Shown here: one piece after another, positions 58,145-64,000 of the stretch
Position numbering within the stretch: the first letter of the stretch is position 1
Layout of the letters: the number at the start of each line of letters is the position of its first letter
NCBI GenBank assembly: GCA_027622665.1
Contig: JAQBYT010000015.1
Coordinates: 18,178 to 82,177 of the forward strand
Length of the DNA: 64,000 nt
DNA from: Verrucomicrobiota bacterium
GTDB taxonomy: Bacteria; Verrucomicrobiota; Verrucomicrobiia; Opitutales; Seribacteraceae
Direction of reading: 5' to 3'
Position numbers and translations under genes: made by a program
Notes under the pieces: generated by a model
Databases searched by the model: none
Told to the model about the DNA's origin: nothing
What the model saw: the letters and a program-made list of their open reading frames with translations, nothing else

Positions 58145-60658
58145 ATGAAATCCTTTTTCTTTCCTTTCTGTTCTTTGCTTCTCCTTGTCAATGTCTCGTG
58201 GAGTAAGCCCGAGGCACTTGAAATTTCCTTGGATAAGGTCAAACTGTTGCCGGGAGGCAAGGAGGCGGACGGCATCGTCGGTGACTTCTTAATTCGAAAC
58301 GACAGAATCGAGGCTGTGATAGCTCATGCAACCCCACTGCGAAAGGCCAACATGGGAACTTTTTGGGGTGCTGAAAACGTAACTCCCGGATGCCTATACG
58401 ATCTTACGCTTCGAGGTGCAGCCAATGACCAGATCACTGTTTTTTCCCCTTCTCGCCAGCAGGGAAAGGTTTCCTATGTTCGGATTTCGAAAGACGGTTC
58501 CGATGGCGAAGCAATCGTTGAGGTTGTCGTCACCTCGACAGTCTCAGGAGCATTGTTCAAGAGGCACGAATACATTCTGAAAGACGGTTGGCAAGGTGTC
58601 CTGATTCGATCTACGATTCGAAATGAGGGGGATAAACTGGTCGATGGTCCGGTCACGGACAAGTGGACCAACTTCCGATCCCGAGGGAAAATCGGCTCCA
58701 TTGAATGGGCCGACAGCATTGATCCCGCAGACAAGGCAGGATATGCCTATGCTTGGCTACCCGGAAAAGACGGGGCAATTCCTCCTGGCACTGCACGCTT
58801 GAAGCCGGGAGATGAAATTAGAATTGAACGATTTCTTGCAGTTGGTCGATCGCCGGCTGAGGCTGTGGGCTTAGTTGCGAATCAGCTTGAGCTAAAGACT
58901 GGCGAACTCTCGGTTCAATTAAAAGAGAACGATGGCGGACCTGTTTCGACAGGGCGTCTGGAGATTTCGACCGGAGGTCAAGTCATTCCTGCCTATCCGG
59001 ACGACGATGGTCGTATTCGCCTCCTTCTTCCTCAGGGCAAAGCTTCTGTGATCTTCGTCGACCATGGCCGAATGTCTATGGAGCGAGACTTCACCGTAGG
59101 CGCGAAGAATGTCGAGTTGACTTTAGAGCTTGAGCCTCGTTCAGGCATCACCTTCGAAGTTCGTAAGCAGAATGGTTCCTTTTCTCCGTGCAAGGCTCAG
59201 TTTATAGGAATCGATGGAACTCCTTCCCCAAACCTAGGACCTACGGATCGAGCCCATGGTTGCAGGGACCAGTACCATTCGGAATCGGGAAAATTTTACG
59301 TAGCCTTGGCACCCGGGAAGTATCGAGTAGTGCTTACTCGGGGTATCGAGCATGATCATTTCGAGAAAGAGGTCATCTTACTGCCCGGCAAAACCGTTAA
59401 AGTTGAGACGACCTTGCGGCGAACAGTTTCGTCTCCCGGTTGGGTGAGCACAGACTTCCATAACCACTCCACACCCAGTGGGGACAATGTCTGTGGCACC
59501 GATGATCGAGTGATCAACTTGGCTGCCGAGCACATCGAATTCGCACCAACCACTGAGCACAACCGAATTTACGATTGGTCTCCGCACATACAAAAGCTTG
59601 GGCTTTCCAAGGAAATATCCACCATTTCAGGTGTCGAATTGACGGGCTCGGGAGCACATATAAATGCCTTCCCTCTAATACCGGAACCTTACAGGCAGGA
59701 TGGTGGTTCACCCGTTTGGGTAGACGACCCTAGGATAAACGCGATCAACTTGCGAGAGTTGCATGGGCATCGCCCGGATCGTTGGATTCACATTAATCAC
59801 CCCGACATGGTCGAAAACTTTATCGATCGAGACAAGGACGGCAGACCGGACGGAGGTTTTGCGGGTATTGTGTCACTTATTGATGCCATAGAGACAGAGA
59901 ACTTCAGGCAAGCCACTATCCTCAATGGGGCTCCTTTTCGCATTACGCGCAGGGCGGCTCGGGAGCAGGTCACCATTAATCGCGAATTCGTCTGGTTGCA
60001 ACTCCTCAACAAGGGAATGAAGATGTGGGGTATCGCCGTGAGTGACGCCCACCATGTGCATGGCAATGGCGTGGGCGGATGGAGAACCTATGTTCGCTCT
60101 TCTACTGATGATCCCGAAAAAATCGATTGGAAGGAAATAAGTCGTCGAGCAAAGGCCGGTCAAATGATCCTTACCACTGGTCCCTACTTGGAAGTCGAGA
60201 CGGCAGACGGCGTCTTTCCCGGCGGGCACGCTCGGGCAAACGGTGAGATTGATCTAAAGGTTCGTGTTCAATGCGCATCGTGGATAGACATTGACCGCGT
60301 TCAAGTCCTTGTAAACGGTCGAGCCGAACCTACCTTGAACTTCACCCGAAAGTCTCACCCCAAGTGGTTCTCCGATGGGGTGCTGAAGTTCGACAAGTCG
60401 CTGAGGGTTTCACTTGATGAGGATGCCCATCTGGTTGTCGTTGCTTATGGAGAAAACTTTGACCTCAAGAAGGGTTACGGTTCAAGTGCCCAAGCTTCTA
60501 TGAATCCTTGTGCCTACAACAACCCTATATTTGTCGACGTCGACGGAAACGGCTTTACTCCAAACGGAGATACCCTCGGGTTTCCCCTCCCCACTGGCCG
60601 ACTTACGGTGACTCAGGCAAAAGCCCTTTTGGGCAAGGCGGGCAAGAAGCTCGATTAA
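58145..60658 (+). CDS. Secreted PHP-fold (CehA/McbA-like) metallohydrolase
   Basis: DFHNHS, TEHN, GVELT, HINAFP, INHP, VSDAH. Confidence 0.85.
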   Translation: MKSFFFPFCSLLLLVNVSWSKPEALEISLDKVKLLPGGKEADGIVGDFLIRNDRIEAVIAHATPLRKANMGTFWGAENVTPGCLYDLTLRGAANDQITVFSPSRQQGKVSYVRISKDGSDGEAIVEVVVTSTVSGALFKRHEYILKDGWQGVLIRSTIRNEGDKLVDGPVTDKWTNFRSRGKIGSIEWADSIDPADKAGYAYAWLPGKDGAIPPGTARLKPGDEIRIERFLAVGRSPAEAVGLVANQLELKTGELSVQLKENDGGPVSTGRLEISTGGQVIPAYPDDDGRIRLLLPQGKASVIFVDHGRMSMERDFTVGAKNVELTLELEPRSGITFEVRKQNGSFSPCKAQFIGIDGTPSPNLGPTDRAHGCRDQYHSESGKFYVALAPGKYRVVLTRGIEHDHFEKEVILLPGKTVKVETTLRRTVSSPGWVSTDFHNHSTPSGDNVCGTDDRVINLAAEHIEFAPTTEHNRIYDWSPHIQKLGLSKEISTISGVELTGSGAHINAFPLIPEPYRQDGGSPVWVDDPRINAINLRELHGHRPDRWIHINHPDMVENFIDRDKDGRPDGGFAGIVSLIDAIETENFRQATILNGAPFRITRRAAREQVTINREFVWLQLLNKGMKMWGIAVSDAHHVHGNGVGGWRTYVRSSTDDPEKIDWKEISRRAKAGQMILTTGPYLEVETADGVFPGGHARANGEIDLKVRVQCASWIDIDRVQVLVNGRAEPTLNFTRKSHPKWFSDGVLKFDKSLRVSLDEDAHLVVVAYGENFDLKKGYGSSAQASMNPCAYNNPIFVDVDGNGFTPNGDTLGFPLPTGRLTVTQAKALLGKAGKKLD

Positions 60659-60662
60659 ACCC

Positions 60663-62846
60663 TTATCGAACTCCAAACTTAGAACGCAACTTGTGGATTG
60701 TGTTGTGTACCTTGTCCACGAGTTCGTCGCCATTGTCATTCTCTAGGTCGTAGGCGATTTCCATCTGCATAACGGGTTGGATACCTTCGATTTCGATGAA
60801 AACGCTTTTTCCATTCGGTTGGAGTTTGGCTGAAAGGACCTTTAGTTTGTCACGACCGGTTTTCTCGGGATTCGATACCTTGTAGTCGGGTGATCCGTAA
60901 CGGCTTGTCCAGCGGTAGTTCCAGTGATGGACTGCGTAGGACTCGGGGTCATTTGCCAATTCTTCATCGAGCTTTACGCCGAAGCGGAGCAGCACTCCAT
61001 TGTTGTGGGCATTGAGTGCAAGCGGACGGGGCCAGTCGCCGCCGACGTAACGAACGCGCTGTAAGCAACCGTCCCTAGCTCCGGAAGTTTGCCAACCCTT
61101 GAGGCCGGTAACGTAAAGTTGCCCATCTCGGTCGCTGAAGCGTCCCCGCATAGCTCCGGAGGCAAAGCGAAAAGGGAATTTCGAGACGGCTCCCTGTGGG
61201 GTTCCGTTAACCTTGTCCTGCATGACCAGAAACATTTGGCATTTGCCGTAAGACAAGTGCAGCAACTCCCCCTTTGGTAGTCCCCATTTGTCGCTGGTCA
61301 CCCAAACCTGGGAACCGCAGGAATTGTCTTCTTTGTGTGGAATCCAGCAGAGCGGGCCATCATAACTCTCGGGCTTTTCTTCTCGATGATGAGAAGGGAT
61401 GAATCCGTAGAATCCTCCCGGTTCGACTATGTCCACTCGAGATGCGGGGACCCAAGTGCCTTGCTGGTCGGCAGCTGTAACCACGCCACCCGGTCCCACG
61501 AAAAATCCGTTGGGATTACGAAAACCAGTCGCGAAACGTTCCAGTTTGCCGCCATCCTTGGTTACTTTAAGGACGGAACCGCCGTGACGAGTCCCACTGG
61601 CACATGTGATATAATAAAAGTTGCCTGCAGGATCCGTTTCCAAGCAGGTCGAGTACTCGTGCGAACCAAGACTGATCTCGGCGTCGTTGTTGAAGTTTTC
61701 GTAGAAATCGATTTCGGAGTCTCCGTTTAGATCGTGAAGCCGGGTTATTTGGTCGCGACCTAGGACGTATATCTTGTCGTCCACGATGCGAAGACCCAGC
61801 GGATGATAGAGCCCTGTTGCTATTCGCTGCCAAGTAAGTTCATCCAGCTTGTCGTCGATGCCACGTACAAGCCATACGTCGCCCTCCATCGTGGATACGG
61901 CGAGGTCACCGTTGGCGAAAAAATCGTGCCCACCGAAATGGAGAATGGCTCTCCACGGATTGTCGAAGGGAGGTTGAATGGTGTCCAAGGCGTAGGGCTC
62001 ACCTTTTTTCGCAATGCCTAGTTCTCCCATTGTTTCAAGGTTTTCAGCCCACTTTCTAGGGCCGCCTTTCATCCATTTCCCCAAGTCGGGAGAAATGAAC
62101 TTCTTTTTGGCGTAGAGGGCAAAGCTTTCCAGTTCCTTTTCAGGTCCTTCCCAGAGTAGAATCGTGAATTTGGAGGTGCCTGCCTTTACCTTTGCAATAA
62201 TACGATGCGAGTTCACTCCAATGGAGTTGTCTTCTCCTAACACCGTTGCGGCGATTACCGTGGCGTCTCCTTTCCTCTTGGAGCGAGGGACAATCGCAAT
62301 CTTCACTCCTTTCACTTCACGAACTTGACCCACTCCTCCACCCTGTGGTGATTGGGCAAGCAGTATGGACTCGGTATTCTTTAATCCACGAATTTCGAAA
62401 CTACGTGAAAAGACCACCGAATCTCCTGTTTTTTCAGCCCGGGGAGATTCCAAGACTTCTCCAGTTCCCACGGTGTAGTTCAAGACGATACGTTCCCCAT
62501 GATGGTAAAGCCCCCTGTACTTTGCCCATTCCCTTGGAAGAGGTCCGTACTTCGTAGGTCTTTCCTTCCACTCTCCTCCTTGAGTCCACCCGGGGCCTTT
62601 GGTGATGAAGCTTACCTTGCCGCGAATTTCGTCGTGATCGAGCAAGGCGTCGCGGCCACCTTTGACGTAAACGAATCCATCGGTCCATCCGGCAAACATG
62701 CTGAGGTTGTCTGCATCGAACCCGATGCTCGAGTTGCTTTCGTCACCTAACCATATTGCGGTAGCCTTGGGTATCCCTGCAAAAGAGCCATTTGGATCGC
62801 TCCTTGATTGAAATAGGCTGGAACCAAAGGTTGGGCCCATTGCCGT
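60663..62846 (-). CDS. PVC-type DUF6797 + beta-propeller protein, apparently 5'-truncated
   Basis: YRGLYHHGERIVLNY, PFDNPW, ATGLYHPLG, TRLHDLNGD, ATGFRNPNG, DQQGTWVP. No signal peptide; the in-frame upstream sequence meets a TAG where the LOG fragment begins. Confidence 0.75.
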   Translation of the reverse strand, partial: TAMGPTFGSSLFQSRSDPNGSFAGIPKATAIWLGDESNSSIGFDADNLSMFAGWTDGFVYVKGGRDALLDHDEIRGKVSFITKGPGWTQGGEWKERPTKYGPLPREWAKYRGLYHHGERIVLNYTVGTGEVLESPRAEKTGDSVVFSRSFEIRGLKNTESILLAQSPQGGGVGQVREVKGVKIAIVPRSKRKGDATVIAATVLGEDNSIGVNSHRIIAKVKAGTSKFTILLWEGPEKELESFALYAKKKFISPDLGKWMKGGPRKWAENLETMGELGIAKKGEPYALDTIQPPFDNPWRAILHFGGHDFFANGDLAVSTMEGDVWLVRGIDDKLDELTWQRIATGLYHPLGLRIVDDKIYVLGRDQITRLHDLNGDSEIDFYENFNNDAEISLGSHEYSTCLETDPAGNFYYITCASGTRHGGSVLKVTKDGGKLERFATGFRNPNGFFVGPGGVVTAADQQGTWVPASRVDIVEPGGFYGFIPSHHREEKPESYDGPLCWIPHKEDNSCGSQVWVTSDKWGLPKGELLHLSYGKCQMFLVMQDKVNGTPQGAVSKFPFRFASGAMRGRFSDRDGQLYVTGLKGWQTSGARDGCLQRVRYVGGDWPRPLALNAHNNGVLLRFGVKLDEELANDPESYAVHHWNYRWTSRYGSPDYKVSNPEKTGRDKLKVLSAKLQPNGKSVFIEIEGIQPVMQMEIAYDLENDNGDELVDKVHNTIHKLRSKFGVR

Positions 62847-63258
62847 CTATCGCGCTCGTAGAGTCGTCAACAAAAGTCATTAAATCTGACGCTGGACCGT
62901 AGAGCATCAGATCTTTTTCAGCACGCAGCAACTGCTGCCGAATACCATCGTAATAGCCTTGGTAATTAATGATAATAAGCGGCACTTGATGCGAACCAAT
63001 TTGACGCTCAACCGCAATTTCCCACAATTCTTCCCAAGTGCCTGGTCCACCTGGCAATGCAATAAAACCATTAATGTCTTTTGCTAATAAACGTTTTCGC
63101 TCACGCATGGTATCAACCACTATCATTTCATGCAAATGGCTATGATGCAAATTGTCGTCAACAAATTTTTGTAAAATAACTCCCTCAATCCTTCCGCCAG
63201 CTTTAAGACAAGCATCATTAAGCGCACCCATGCAGCCCGTGCGCCCTGCGCCAAAAAT
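62847..63258 (-). pseudogene. LOG family protein fragment truncated at both ends
   Basis: IFGAGRTGCMG...MRERK...LPGGPGTWEE. The N-terminal beta-strand/GS motif is absent, and the C-terminus runs into the neighbouring gene in a different frame. Confidence 0.7.
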
Positions 63259-63307
63259 CGAGTCTGAGATTAAAAAAACACGAGCTAAAAATGTAGAAGA
63301 GAACTAG

Positions 63308-63328
63308 AGTGAGTTTATACAACTCACT
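63308..63328 (-). terminator. Hairpin after the glycosyltransferase stop
   Basis: AGTGAGTT-N5-AACTCACT perfect 8-bp stem followed by pyrimidine-rich sequence on the minus strand. Confidence 0.5.
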
Positions 63329-64000
63329 TAAAGACCATTTATAATACCAATAAAAGCTCTATAGTTATCATTTGAATTAACATTATTGGCCCAGTTTTTC
63401 CTCGCGTTCTCCCGTATAAGAGCGTCACCATATTTGTGTTTATAGAATTTCTTAAAATCTATGGCCAAACTCTCTGGAGTTAAGTGCAAATTTAATAATT
63501 TACCATTCTCATCATTAACAAGTTCACTTACGCCCCCACAGTCAGTCGCATATACTGGAACTCCAAAGGATAAAGCTTCCATAATTGAGACAGGAAGCCC
63601 TTCGGAAAGACTAACATTACAAAATAAATCAACTGGATTCATCTTGTAATAGTCCATAACTTCTGAGTTTGTAACTCGCCCCTTAAAATTGAACAAAATA
63701 TTATTTGAAAAACCTGAAGAGATTTTCAATAAACTCGCTCTCGAACTATTATCCCCATCACCAAAATGTGTCCACTGAATATGAATTGAATCAATCAACA
63801 AAAGAGATTTAGCAAGAAGATCAACTCTCTTTACACTTAGAAGATTGGAGCACGTTACAATCCGAAATATACCATCCCTTGAAGGTTTTGAATCACCTCT
63901 CTCTGGAACGCCCAGTTTCGAAATACTATATTTATTATAATATTGAGGAAATAATTTTAAGAAATAATTTTTTCCATGTTCAGTTATGAATATGGCCTGT
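63328..64000 (-). CDS. Glycosyltransferase family 4 (GT-B), 5' part outside the window
   Basis: Open frame to the window end (RIVTCSNLLSVKRVD...); SLSEGLPVSIMEALSFGVPVYATDCGG (EX7E); strongly AT-rich. Confidence 0.88.
   Translation of the reverse strand, partial: QAIFITEHGKNYFLKLFPQYYNKYSISKLGVPERGDSKPSRDGIFRIVTCSNLLSVKRVDLLAKSLLLIDSIHIQWTHFGDGDNSSRASLLKISSGFSNNILFNFKGRVTNSEVMDYYKMNPVDLFCNVSLSEGLPVSIMEALSFGVPVYATDCGGVSELVNDENGKLLNLHLTPESLAIDFKKFYKHKYGDALIRENARKNWANNVNSNDNYRAFIGIINGL

Noticed and set aside
62743..63231. Complete 162-aa LOG gene as given in the ORF track
   Set aside because: The Met start is internal to the GCMG motif, and the last ~35 residues are out-of-frame read-through into the neighbouring gene.

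Overview
Bacterial DNA of PVC type, most likely a Verrucomicrobiota (Opitutales-like) genome. This is inferred from DUF1549/DUF1553, DUF1501 and planctomycete cytochrome c genes, the PQQ-like propeller, and a Trp-rich surface domain. The left part is mostly housekeeping: an ECF sigma factor with a very large anti-sigma/vWA partner that runs off the window, nusA-infB-rbfA, dnaK-groES-groEL, leuB, alaS, a SNF2 ATPase and ilvB. The rest is a patchwork of exported and accessory enzymes. The most interesting items are: (1) a RecQ helicase fused in frame to a DUF488 domain; (2) a ribbon-helix-helix + PAS one-component regulator with inverted repeats over its own promoter; (3) a sigma54-type promoter and phased GTCAC/GTGAC palindromes, instead of CIRCE, upstream of dnaK-groES-groEL, whose GroEL has a His-rich tail; (4) a DUF1549/1553-DUF1501-di-cytochrome/LRR operon with an inserted Met-rich YHS/TRASH-like module; (5) a 7-copy REP-like palindrome cluster; (6) an M23/zincin/LamG surface-protein gene with several lesions; and (7) an apparently chimeric right end. 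No tRNA, rRNA, CRISPR array, transposase or integrase was recognised. All family calls come from motif recognition by eye, not database searches.
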